Positions 12,297 to 24,046 are shown, counted from the first letter of the stretch. The stretch is DNA of 64,000 nucleotides from Octopus sinensis (GCF_006345805.1 NC_043001.1:84444001-84508000), one strand, 5' to 3'. Made by a program: numbers and translations. The notes: generated from the sequence alone by a model not told the origin.

Positions 12297-12494
12297 CTCT
12301 TTTTTTACTTGTTTCAGTCATTTGACTGTAGCCATGCTGGAGCACCACCTTTAGTCGAACAAATCGAACCCAGGACTTATTCTTTGTAAGCCTAGTACTT
12401 ATTCTATCGATCTATTTTGCCGAACCGCTAGCTTACGGGGACATAAACACAATACTATCGGTTGTCAAGCGATGTTGGGGAGACAAACACACAC

Positions 12495-12543
<49 letters not shown>

Positions 12544-12672
12544 CATATATACGACGGGCTTCATTCAGTTTCCGTCTACCAAATCCACTCACAAGGCTTT
12601 GGTTGACCCGAGGCTATAGTAGAAGACAGTTACGCAAGGTGCCACGCAGTGGGAATGAACCCGGAACCACGG
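12293..12672 (-). mobile_element. Family-2 SINE with internal (CA)n(TA)n
   Basis: CTTTTTTTACTTGTTTCAGTCATTTGACTGTAGCCATGCTGGAGCACC..GGTGCCACGCAGTGGGAATGAACCCGGAACCAC. Confidence 0.9.
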
Positions 12673-12681
12673 GTTATATAC

Positions 12682-12718
<37 letters not shown>

Positions 12719-12949
12719 ATATATTATATGTGTGCAAATTTATGCGTCCCATAAAAATAGAAGGTAAAGCATGCATAAATACTGCATTCTTGGGCTCATA
12801 TATCTGTTTCCATATAAAAATGTTGATAAAGATTTTGATAGCGAAGTGGATGAAGCTGATGATGAAATGTAATACGATTGATAATAAAGCTATGACTATT
12901 AACAACCACAACAACAATAGCAACTACAACAATAATAATAATAATAATA

Positions 12950-13162
12950 ATGAGGCCTGGATTTTCTGAGGAGGGGATTAAGTCGATTACTTTTGACCCC
13001 AGTACTTTACTATTCTATTACTTTATTTACCGATCCCAAAGGGTAAAAGGTAAACTCGACCTCGGCGGAATTTGAACTAAGAACGTAACGGCAGATGAAA
13101 TACCGCCCGGTGTGCTAACGATTCTGCCAGCTCGCTGCCTTAACAACAGCAGCACTACTACA

Positions 13163-13260
<98 letters not shown>

Positions 13261-13580
13261 TGATAATAATCTTTTTCATTATAGGCACAGGGCCTGAAAT
13301 TTGCGGGGAGGGGGTAACTGACAATTATTTAATTGACCCCCGAAAGGCTGAAAGGCAAAGTCGACCTCGGTGGAATATGAACTAAGTGTTTCGTCCAGCG
13401 TGCTAACGATTCTGTCAGCTCGCTATCTTATTAATATTAATCATACTAATGGTTTCAAATTTTTGCACAAGGTCAGCAATCAGAAAGGTAAAATTGATTT
13501 CGGTGGAATTTGAAATCAGAACGGAAAAACGGATGAGATGCCGTTCAGAATTTTGCGATATTGCCAGCTCGCCCGCTTAA
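12950..13580 (-). mobile_element. Cluster of family-3 SINE copies interleaved with (TAA)n/(CTA)n
   Basis: Repeated CGACCTCGG(C/T)GGAATTTGAACT..GCTAACGATTCTGCCAGCTCGC at ~13055-13140, ~13360-13430 and ~13495-13575. Confidence 0.8.
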
Positions 13581-13591
13581 TAATAATAATG

Positions 13592-13624
<33 letters not shown>

Positions 13625-13684
13625 GTAGTAGTCGTACTAGTAGTAGTAATGATGATGATGATGATGATGATAGTAATAATGATG

Positions 13685-13747
<63 letters not shown>

Positions 13748-13807
13748 GAAAATACTCGGCGAGAAAATTTGAAGAAAGAAGGAAAAATAATAATAATAAT
13801 AATAAAT

Positions 13808-14300
13808 ACCCTGATGTAGTACCAGGCAGTGGCTCTCAAGGCTATTGCTTTGTCTTGGTATAAAGGAAGGGCTACAACAAATATTCTGCTCAATACCACA
13901 GATCTGTTGTCAGTTGTTTGACCTTAACCAGCCGCGCATATCTCTCACTGGCTGGCGAAATGTGCATCTTTGATCACGAGCAGAAGTAGTGGGGGAGCAT
14001 CATAGCCATGTGTTGAGAGGAATTCTTTGGGGTTTGAATTATTCTGCCCTGGAAACAAGGGTGTTTTGTTCATCATCCTTAAAAAATCTTATTCAGGGAG
14101 AATTTGAACAGGATGGGCTACTCAACCCTAAGTAAATTCTAATTGGGGTCCTCCCGCAATGTCATGCACTGTTTATCTTGATATGAGATCGCTATGTCAC
14201 GCACACATGGTTGTGATGGATGACGGGTAGTGATGGTAGTTATATTGAGCTTCATATATTTGTACCCCAGTGTCACTTTGATGACATGAACTGCTCTCTG
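13808..14300. mobile_element. Unclassified ~500-bp insertion embedded in a (TAA)n tract
   Basis: Higher-complexity block with sharp ends (CCCTGATGTAGTACCAGGCAGTGG..CCCAGTGTCACTTTGATG..CTCTCTGACTC), flanked on both sides by TAA repeats. Confidence 0.4.
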
Positions 14301-14389
14301 ACTCAATTAAAAAAATATTAATAATAATAACAGCAACAACAACAGCAACAACAATAATTTTAAAAAATGGTATTTCATTGTGACATTAC

Positions 14390-14555
14390 CCTCTACTTCA
14401 TCCGATCCTTCATCCAAACCTTCGAAAAAGAGCACAGTTCTGCTAACGTAATTTCGGCGTCCCGGATGGCTGTTATAGTAGTTCGATACAGGGGATGAAA
14501 CATTTGACGTTGTAAGAGAACTCCTTTCATTTTCATTCTCCATTTTGCTTTTACT
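14390..14555 (-). CDS. Candidate alternative N-terminal coding exon B (ATG at 14543: MENENERSSLTTSNVSSPVSNYYNSHPGRRNYVSRTVLFFEGLDEGSDEVE)
   Basis: Acceptor acatctgtcag|AG, donor G|GTAATG (phase 1), ATG context AAAATGG. In both paralogues the RSS motif starts exactly 10 codons after the acceptor. Confidence 0.7.
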
Positions 14556-14887
14556 CTGACAGATGTCGAGAAGCAGAGAGTAGAGACGTGAAGCAGCAGT
14601 GCTATATGAGTATAAATGCGAATATCTAAGAAGTGCCTCTTCCCTTGTATGCTTGGGTTAGGGAGGGGTGAGATGTGGTTGAAAGTCGGAATTGGCAAAC
14701 AGATATGTTTGCAGTTGGATTTCTGTGAATATATATAATATATATATATATATATATGAGCTTAGTGAATATATATGTGTGTATATGTGTGTGTGTGTGT
14801 ATGTGCGTGTGTGTGTATGTTTGTATGAGGAGTGAAGGGTGTGAGATGAGTGATTTGTTTATGGTGAGGAAGTGGATACGTTATTAC

Positions 14888-15085
14888 ATTTGTTGTAGTA
14901 TCTGCTGCAGCTGTTTTGTTGTTGTTGTTGTTGTTGTTGTTGTTAGGTGAGGTCTGAGTTTGATTTCACAGGCAGAGAGACAGAAAGGAAGAGAGAGGGA
15001 GCAATGAATCTTGGCACCAATCGGATAATTAGATATCAACTACCGTATCCATGATTGTACATCAGAGAGGTTTAATGATGCTATA
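14888..15085 (-). promoter_or_regulatory. Conserved upstream block / putative non-coding first exon of cassette B
   Basis: Homologous to 4345-4550. Contains CCAAT (15017-15021) and a donor-like GTAATA at 14887. Confidence 0.45.
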
Positions 15086-15197
15086 TATATATATGTGCGT
15101 GTGTGTATGTGTGTGTTTGCATACACATTAACTTAGCAAACAAATACAAACACTTCATGTATGAATAAAAGTTTGGGTTTGGGTGTATATATATATT

Positions 15198-15239
<42 letters not shown>

Positions 15240-15356
15240 ATATGTGTATATATATATATGCATACATATATATATATGTGTGTGTATACATATATGCATA
15301 TATATATATATACACACACCCACATATATTTACGTACAAATACAGATATATATATG

Positions 15357-15409
<53 letters not shown>

Positions 15410-15829
15410 GTATTTGTACATGTGTGTGTATGTGTGCGCGTGTAGTTATATATGCCAAGGCAATCGAAACGATTTAAGGTAAGATCTAAAGTAACGGTAT
15501 GATTTTTTTCTTATGTACTTTTTGTTGCTAAATCCTCCGAATTCCTCGACATTCTTCAAAAGTATTGTTGGATTTACCTGTCATGCATGAGGATTTATTT
15601 GCCTGAGATATGTATTGTGCTTACATGTACAGGTATCTGATGAACATTTAACCAAAATCTTTTAATGCTGAGTGTAGCTGTGTGCATATATATGAGTATA
15701 TATATATATATATGTTAATACAGCATTAACAAGGTGAAAAATGCCAACTGAACATCTGAAAAAATTTACCAATTAATAAAAGCTACAAAAAAAACGCATG
15801 TATGTATATGCTATTGCAATTGAATTGGA

Positions 15830-16108
15830 TTTGATAGACGGAAACTGAAAGAAGCCCGTTGTATATATGTATATATATATGTATGTGTGTGTATATATAT
15901 GCGTGTCTGTGTTTGTCCCCCCAACATCGCTTGACAACCGATGCTGGTGTGTTTACGTCCCCGTAACTTAGCGGTTCGGCAAAACAGACCGATATAATAA
16001 GTACTAGGCTTACAAAGAATAAGTCATGGGGCTGATTTCCGCGACTAAAGGCAGTGCTCCAGCATGGCTACAGTCACATGACTGAAACAAGTAAAAGAGT
16101 AAAAGAGT
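15830..16108 (+). mobile_element. Family-2 SINE, 5'-truncated
   Basis: GGATTTGATAGACGGAAACTGAAAGAAGCCCG..(TA/TG)n..CCGATGCTGGTGTGTTTACGTCCCCGTAACTTAGCGGTTCGGC..GAAACAAGTAAAAGAGTAAAAGAG. Confidence 0.9.
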
Positions 16109-16550
16109 ATATATATATTTAAGAAAGAAAAATATGTAAGAAGCGCACAGGAGGTTTGTATAATAAAAGTCATGCTAATATTAAGATCATAATGAAACAA
16201 AGAGTTGTATTATAACATTATATAATGAACTGGGTGTAGCGGTTTCGCGCCTTACGCTTATCAAACTTCAAAGCTCTCAGATTTTTGTACAGAGAGTATT
16301 TTTGTTGTACGCGTAACCTGTACTGAAATCTGAGACCTTGGAAGTTTGATAAGTGTATTCCATGTTTATTATATAATGTTGTAATACAACTCTTTGTTTT
16401 ATTATGATTTTAATATTAGCATAAATTTTATTATACAAACCTCATGCGCGTTTTTATATATTTTCTTTCTTAAATATCTACAACAAGATCTGACACATTT
16501 ACGTTTTATATATGGAAGAAAGTCAAGGTAAAATGTGCTACAATAATTTT

Positions 16551-16812
16551 ATAAAAAAACATTTCAGTACCGGTTTCGGTCATTGAGACCTTTTCAACTG
16601 TAAGTAAGGAAAACAAATTTTGGAAAAATTAAAAGAAAAGTATTTTAAAAGTATTCAAATACAAGGAAAATTCCCCTTGTATTTGAATACTATGCAAATG
16701 TTCTTGTAAAAATACTTTCCATTTTACTTTTCCAAAATTTAATTGTTTTCAATACTTAAAGTTGGAAAAGTCTCAACACCGAAACCGGTAGTGAAATGTT
16801 TTTGATGAAAAT
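16551..16812. repeat. Fold-back (~120-bp arms) of an HHR-bearing PLE-type repeat
   Basis: CATTTCAGTACCGGTTTCGGT..GAATACAAGG / CCTTGTATTTG..ACCGAAACCGGTAGTGAAATG. The minus strand of 16565-16600 reads CAG-TTGAAAA-GGTC(TCAAT)GACC-GAAAC-CG-GTA-CTG. Confidence 0.8.
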
Positions 16813-16894
16813 ATTTTAGCATTTTCTACTTGCACTTTTCTACATAGATATATCAACTCGTGTGTTCCTTTGCAACCTTCTACACACACACATA

Positions 16895-17100
16895 TATATA
16901 TGTATGTATACCTTCGAAACACGGAGTAGTCGAAGCAGGGGCAGCTGAAGAAGGGGAACGTTCCTTGTGTTGAATGTCTTGTACTCTGTTTTTTCGTTGT
17001 TTGAAAAAGTCCGTTTCCATGTTTTTGCTTTTATGTTTTCGTTTCTCGTTGTGTTCTATGTTTATTTTTGGTGTCCTGTACTCATATATGCATGCATATA
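16895..17100 (+). repeat. Interspersed repeat family with CTGA(A/T)GAAG(G/A)GG motif (also 55085-55300 and 55961-56282)
   Basis: GAAGAAGGGGAACGTTCCTTGTGTTGAATGTC..TTTTTCGTTGTTTGAAAAAGTCC matches GATGAAGAGGAATATTCTTTATGTTGCATGTC..TTTTTCGTTGTTCGAAAAAAAGTTCC at ~55145-55215. Confidence 0.7.
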
Positions 17101-17214
17101 TATATATATATATAGATGTAGGTATGTACATATATGTATGTATATATGCAATGTTTTATTTATTAATTTGTTATTATATATATATATATGTATCTATGGA
17201 TATCTGTGTGTATG

Positions 17215-17266
<52 letters not shown>

Positions 17267-17269
17267 TTT

Positions 17270-18010
17270 GTATAATATAACTAACTTTCATGCACTAACA
17301 CCTTTATTCCGCCACTTACAACAGCTGCACCCGTTGCCATCACGCATACAACTGCCTCACCACCACCACCACCACCACCACCACCACCACCACCACCACC
17401 ACTACAACCACCACTGTGATACACCCTTTTCTACCCATATATCTGATCTTCAACTTCTACTCAACAAGCTATATAAAATAGAGTAGGTGTGTGTTCAGGA
17501 TAATAACCGACATGCTCTAAGGAAGCTACTGATGTTATTTTGGAGGACTGCTGCTGCTACTGGTACTGCCGCCAATACTGCTGGTGCTACTACTACCCCT
17601 GCTCCTGCTGCTGTCACCGCCGCTGCTACTTCATATGTTGCCGCTAGTTGTGATGGCCGTGCTAATAATGTTGTTGCTGTTGATGATAGTGGTTGTGGTG
17701 GTGATATTGATGGTGGTTTTGGTGGTGTCGGAGGTGTTGGTGTTGAAGTGGTGGTGGTGGTGTTGGGTGCTGAAGTGATGGTGGTTGTGGTGGTGATAGT
17801 AGTGATGGTAGTAGTTGTGGTTGTGGTAGAGGTGGTGATTGTGGTGGTGGTAGTAGTTGTGGTTGGTGTAGTAGCTGTGGTAGTGATGGTGGTTGTTGTG
17901 GTGGTAGAGGTTGTGGTGGTGATAGTGGTGATGGTAGTGGTGGTTGTGGTTGTGGTGGTAGTGGTTGTGGTAGTTGTGTTGGTTGTGGTGGTGGTAGTAG
18001 AGGGTTGTTA
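17270..18010. repeat. Second (CAC)n, spacer, (GGT)n module, homologous to 9030-10270
   Basis: Shared unique flanks: GCACTAACACC..CAGCT(G/T)CACCCGT(T/C)GCCA before the CAC tract, and CACTGTGA..TTCTACCC(A/G)TAT..CTCAACAAGCTA after it. Confidence 0.75.
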
Positions 18011-18257
18011 TTGGTTCATTTTGTTTTATTTATTTTATAATATACATTTTGATTTTTGTTTCTATTGATTTATTTTGATATTCTTATAATTTGAGTCTCT
18101 ATGAATCTACGTGTTGCTCTTTACCAAGGGAATGCTAGAAATGGAATATGGGTATAAAGTAAGGAGAAATTATAGGTGAACCAGCAGTACTTTCAATGCC
18201 ACTCAGATGCGGACGTGTAAGCACATAGCTATTGCTGGATAGTATTTATATAAGATC

Positions 18258-18535
18258 TTTATCATCATCATCATCATTGTTCGACCGTGGTCGAGACTTT
18301 CATAGTCTTTTCAAATGGCTAATAATGTGTGCGTGCGCCACTACTACACACATTGGAAAGCATTGTACAACCAAGTACTAAAGAAGGTCTTTCCTCCTCC
18401 ATGAAACAAAGCTGTTCCCGCTGGACGTCAACCTAGTATTTCTAAGCTACGGACCCAGTGATTTATTGTAAGGTTACCTCCCTAGATAGATTGCCTTCAC
18501 TACGGCTAAGGAGCCCTTTCTACCCCAAGATCTTT
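18258..18535 (-). mobile_element. Short RTE-related non-autonomous element
   Basis: (ATC)n tail at 18258-18277, and a GGGGTAGAAAGGGCTCCTTAGCC..GGCAATCTATCTAGGGAGG start that resembles RTE 5' ends (from recall, not verified). Confidence 0.4.
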
Positions 18536-18721
18536 ATAATAACAGGTATATGTAAAACACTCAGCAACTAACGCTCATGCACAGAAACAATTGTGATTTA
18601 GGATTAAAACCTGCCCTTTCCATCTATTATGTATATATATATATATATAAATATAAATATAAGGATGGTATTATTAACAATCACAAGTGGTAAGCGAATT
18701 ATTAGCCATACAGGCAAATTA

Positions 18722-19140
18722 ATGAAATATATACATACAATATTAATTATGTACATATATATATAAGGGTACTGCATGAGTACCTATATCGCCAATGATA
18801 GAAGTCGAAAAATACTTCTGTACCACTGAATAGTCACAAATCCATTACAGACAAGATAGGAAAAAATATCAGTGAACAATAATAATGACTTACCTCAAAT
18901 GGGTCAGAACAAATAAATGCTAGTCAATGCTGAGTTGACCAGCATTTATTTGTTCTGACCCATGTGAGATAAGACATTATTATTGCTCACTGATATTTTT
19001 CCCTACCTTGTCTGTAATGGATTTGTGACTATTCAGTGGTACAGAAGTATTTTTCGACTTCTATCATTGGCGATATAGGTACTCATGCAGTACCCTTATG
19101 TATATATGTACATATTTAATATTGTATGTATATATTTTAT
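18722..19140. repeat. Large fold-back: ~206-bp arms, 7-nt loop (18928-18934)
   Basis: AAGGGTACTGCATGAGTACCTATATCGCCAATGATAGAAGTCGAAAAATAC.. is mirrored by ..GTATTTTTCGACTTCTATCATTGGCGATATAGGTACTCATGCAGTACCCTT, with few mismatches. Confidence 0.95.
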
Positions 19141-19574
19141 ATATATATATATATATGTAAGAATACACTCATAAATATACAGTCACACGCACAAACACAG
19201 TGCTATTATTGTCTACAACAACTGAACTCTTTCCAGAAATTTTAATTCTTTCCAGGCCAACGAAGGACCTTGCATTTAGGTGTCAACCGAAATGTTTAAA
19301 ATAACAACCAAATAGGCCTTAACTTGTATACTGGTGTGTGAAAAACTGAAAGGATGGATTAGATAATGTAGTCGTAGATAATCCTAAAAAGACAGGGTAG
19401 CCACGGTTGTAACGCTTTGATGATGGATTGCTAGACGTTTAGAGGTGCCATGGAAGTAAAAACACAGTTTTCGAAGTTCATTCAGAGCAGTATTTTCCTA
19501 AATCAAGGTGCCCTGACCTAACAAGATTAAATTATTCTCTACCTGTCTCTGTCTGTCTGTCTGTATTTCCGTCT

Positions 19575-19682
<108 letters not shown>

Positions 19683-19810
19683 ATTAACAGAAATACTTCG
19701 CTAGGATTCTTCAGCAGTTCTTGTCATATCAAATATAATCTAGATATTAAGAAATCTTCCATTTCAGGTAGCTAGAAGACAGATTCAGGCATTAGTGAGT
19801 TATTATATAT

Positions 19811-19874
<64 letters not shown>

Positions 19875-20494
19875 ACGTATACCGGTGCGTATGTGTGTGT
19901 GTGTGTGTGTAAATATCTACCAATATTTGCTTGCATAGTGCCTGTATGCATATAGTTGAATGCACGTAAGTATTCAAGCATTTCATGGCTCCCCACCCGA
20001 CAGCACTTTTCATAGACATAATTAAATACATATGTAACTAAATATATACATGCATGCATACACACATACATACATACATACATACATACATACATACATA
20101 CATACATACATACGTACATACATACATACATACATGCATGCATGCATATATGTATGGACGTAGACTCCCATCCATCTCTGCATACATACATAAGTATGTA
20201 TTTATTTGAAACTAAGGCCTCATTCTGTTGATTCTCTATGTTTTCACGTGGCTGTTCTTCACAATGACTGAATTCAAGTATCACTTTCCAGATATGAAAG
20301 TTTTTTTCAATCGACATGTTTGTTTGGATCTCTGGCTGAACATTCTATCACAACACCTCTTGTTCTGTTCTTGGTCGCATAGTGTTCTGTCCCATTAGTG
20401 TTGGGGACAGGTAGTGTGTAGCTGGTCAACGTTGCACTTTACAGAGGATTTCTATTACAATTAACGCGAATATGCTTTTCGGCGCTGTTCGGCT

Positions 20495-20654
20495 TCAAAG
20501 AATAAAAATAAAAACTATAACATTGTATTACATTACATAGATCGTTTAATGATGCAATATTTCGGAAAAAATTCACTTTTTCAAATGCAAGAAATATAAT
20601 AATTAAATATTCGTACAAATTTGTAATCGGCAAGCCGTTACAATTGATAGTTAT
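20495..20654 (+). repeat. 160-bp exact direct repeat, copy 1 (copy 2 at 22101-22260)
   Basis: TCAAAGAATAAAAATAAAAACTATAAC..CCGTTACAATTGATAGTTAT is identical in both copies. The ORF track gives identical peptides. Confidence 0.95.
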
Positions 20655-21628
20655 GGTAATATGTTTATAATTGAAAGTACTTTCAAAGTGGTTTAGTTTT
20701 GTACCGATAAATGAACACATACTCTTGTTCAGCATTTCATATGCTAGCATAAGGAAGTTCTAAGTTCTAACCAAACACCTTTCTTCTTTAGAAACATAAA
20801 GAAATTATAAGTTCGACAACGTATTAAGACGTAATGCTGCATTTTTTTTTTGCCTATTAAGGTTCCAAATATATTGGGATAGTGACGCCGAGTTGCGTTC
20901 CCTCCGCACCTGGAGGTGTGGATATATCTATTATACTTACTTTTGAACATTTTATTTCAGTGAGACCGAAGTATTTTCTCGATAAACTAGTGTTTTTGTT
21001 AGGAATCCTATCAAAGGTATCAGGGTATGGTGTTGCTACAAGAATACAAGAATTGGTATGTTTGCATATGTCATTGTTTATACAAGTTCTAGTTAGTATA
21101 TAGCTTCATTGCAACTTTTATAGTATTTCGTTTTTGGATTTGGTTTGCAAGATTCTTTATGTGAGTTCGTGTGTTGAAGCATATTCTGTTGTGTCTGGGG
21201 AGAGTCCTTTTCTTTTTGTGCCTCATAATATAACACACTCACAGGTAAAATTTCCACTTCTTTTCTTAGTTTTATTTTCCTAAAATTTTCGTTGCGTCTT
21301 GCAACCTTTTCAATAGTTTTGACTTGTGGAAATTTTACCGGTGAGTGTGTTATATTATGAGGCACAAAAAGAAAATGACTCTCCCTAGAGACAACATAAC
21401 TTTTATAGTGTTTTCGTTTAACAGCTTCTTGTAGTTTGGTAAAGAGTAGAAATCAATACTTACGAATATTAGAAAGTTTTGTAATAAAGAAAGAATTCGT
21501 GGTAATATTTAAAGTGTTTTCCTATAGATAGTAATGTTCATGATTTTGCTGTTTCTGTTGTTGCTGTTGCTGTTTTTGTTGTTACTGTTGTTCTTGATGA
21601 TGATGAGGATGATGATGATGACGACAAC

Positions 21629-21659
<31 letters not shown>

Positions 21660-21787
21660 ATAGGCAAAATAGACATCTTGATATCAACAATAGTGACATT
21701 GACATCTTGGTTCTGGCGCTCGTAATGAAGCTGACGACGATTACCTGTGGTTAATGATCTAGCGAATTTCCTTAAAAGGCAACTTAC

Positions 21788-22020
21788 CTTCGTCTTCCTC
21801 ATCAGTTGATTCGTCAACTGACTTTCGTCGGCCCAAACGTTCATAGAGTCGTTCTAGACTAGTGAAGCGCACTCTGCCACCTCTCCTTCCTCTGCGGCGA
21901 CGTCTAGAGACTAATGAAAAGCAATCTCTTCGCCCAAATCGGCTATGTGATTCCCGGGAATGGGAGCCTGAGTCGAAGAAGGTCGAACGGAAGTCACGAC
22001 CGATACTACTATCGCCGACT
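21788..22020 (-). CDS. Coding exon C, Arg-rich then acidic (VGDSSIGRDFRSTFFDSGSHSRESHSRFGRRDCFSLVSRRRRRGRRGGRVRFTSLERLYERLGRRKSVDESTDEEDE)
   Basis: Acceptor tttttatgtatcaattgtttcag|A (phase 2), 77 open codons, consensus donor GAAG|GTAAGT (phase 1). GC-rich, non-repetitive island in AT-rich DNA. Confidence 0.75.
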
Positions 22021-22639
22021 CTGAAACAATTGATACATAAAAATATGAAAAACTTTTCAGTAATACGGATAAGGAGTTAATCAAAATATGTAGGGCGATG
22101 TCAAAGAATAAAAATAAAAACTATAACATTGTATTACATTACATAGATCGTTTAATGATGCAATATTTCGGAAAAAATTCACTTTTTCAAATGCAAGAAA
22201 TATAATAATTAAATATTCGTACAAATTTGTAATCGGCAAGCCGTTACAATTGATAGTTATTTCACACATGTATGTATATATATATATATATATATATATT
22301 AAGGTATGTAGAAAAATACAACATGGACAAGAACGTATAACTCTTAGAAGACGATACAATAAACACGGACAGGACATTCGAAACCCTCAGTCTTCAGTCA
22401 AGAACCGGATCATCGTAGTAATTTCGGCTGATTAATCTTGAGATTACTAGATCACGGCCAGCCCTCCAGAAAACTAAGCAACGAGCATTAGAAAAACTAA
22501 GCTGGGAGCGTAGATTTCCTGGAAGAAGGATCGAATGCATACGGACACCAGGACAGCAAAAGGGACTAATATAAAAATAATGGAATACAGAAACATGAAA
22601 TACAGAAGCATTAACGGTGGAACAACAAAACAAGTGTCT

Positions 22640-22800
22640 TACGACTGTATAACAAGCAAACAAATTTTTTCTCTGGCGCAAGGAAAGGAGCCTTATCGGC
22701 GATGCCTATAGCGGCGGACGAAAAACAACGATGTTAACACGACGCTGGTCAGAAGCTGAAAGGCAGATTTCGGCCAGCAGTCACGTGACAGAGAAGAGAG
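22640..22800 (-). promoter_or_regulatory. CpG-containing promoter/5'-exon-like island
   Basis: GTCACGTGAC E-box palindrome (~22780-22789), CpG-rich stretch next to a long GA/CT tract, donor-like GTAAGA at ~22642. Confidence 0.3.
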
Positions 22801-23091
22801 AAAAGAAAAGAAAGAGAAGCAACGGAAGAGAGAGAGAGAGGAGAGAGAGAGAGGAGGGACAAACGCAACAAAGAGAGAGAAGAGAGAGAAAGAAGGAATC
22901 AGAGAGGAGAAGGGATGGGTGTCGAAGATTGACCTGTGAGTGCAGAGCGAGACAAAGAAATAGGAGGGTAGTGGAAGATTAGACCAAAGAATCAGAGGAA
23001 AGAGAAGAGAAAAAGAGGATGAGTAGAGAGAGAAGGGGACAGATCAAGTAAAAAAGGAGAGAGAGAGAGAACAAACAAAGAGTCGTCACCA

Positions 23092-23221
<130 letters not shown>

Positions 23222-23510
23222 TATATGTATGTATGTATGCATGCATGCATGCATGTATGTATGATTTTTTTTCTGTTTTTAATTATTTAAATTCTTCTTC
23301 TGAGGAAGTAGCTGATTTCTAACTAAGATACAAAGCGCCAAAAACAAAAAAACAAAAGAAAAAAAGAAAAACAGTGTCACATTTTAAACTTGAGAAAAGC
23401 CTTGCATATTTTTACTGTCTCATTTACAGAATGCATTTGCAATGCTCAAGTTAGTTGAATTCGTTTTCTGAAAATCCAAGCTTATGCTGACTGTCAATTT
23501 GGTATATATA

Positions 23511-23945
23511 CAGGTCGTCGTTGACTTACGACCGATCGACTACGACATTTGGCACGCCAGCTCCCGGTTGCAATAATAAATAGTCCGGTTGAAATCTAAT
23601 GGGTTTAATTTCTTAGAAATTAACCCGTCTATAGATGATGTGAGCTAACAAACGTTTCTCCTAGGTTTGGTTATCGATTACCACTGTGGTTATCGCAAGT
23701 GTTGGATGAATATACTGTCGCGGAGACATCGATGCAACCTTGTATTTGTTTATAAGACGACTGCCTGAAACTCCGAATTTTTTTACTAACGCCAGTATAA
23801 TAGTATAATGCAGAATGCTGCGTGTGACTTTTACCTGAGAGTGTACCGTAAGAATTTAAACATATAAAACAAAGCTATGTATAGGCCTATAAGCCGACTT
23901 ACGACCAGTCAGTCGGAATCAATTGTGGTCGTAGGTCGGTCATTC
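23511..23945. mobile_element. Non-autonomous Tigger/pogo-like element (MITE relic)
   Basis: TA-CAGGTCGTCGTTGACTTACGACC left end and a partially complementary GTGGTCGTAGGTCGG right end. No ORF. Confidence 0.55.
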
Positions 23946-24046
23946 GGTTCTGTTTCGAGATTTCTTGCCAATAGAGAAAGAGCTGTTTTGTAACCTAGAT
24001 CCAATGCTATTTTCATAGGAATTTCAACATCAACAGGGTATGTATG

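Noticed and set aside
20461-20492. Possible terminal exon after exon C (A-EQRRKAYSR-stop)
   Set aside because: The acceptor is good and the phase fits, but ten codons is weak evidence and it conflicts with the shared-downstream-exon model. Left undecided.
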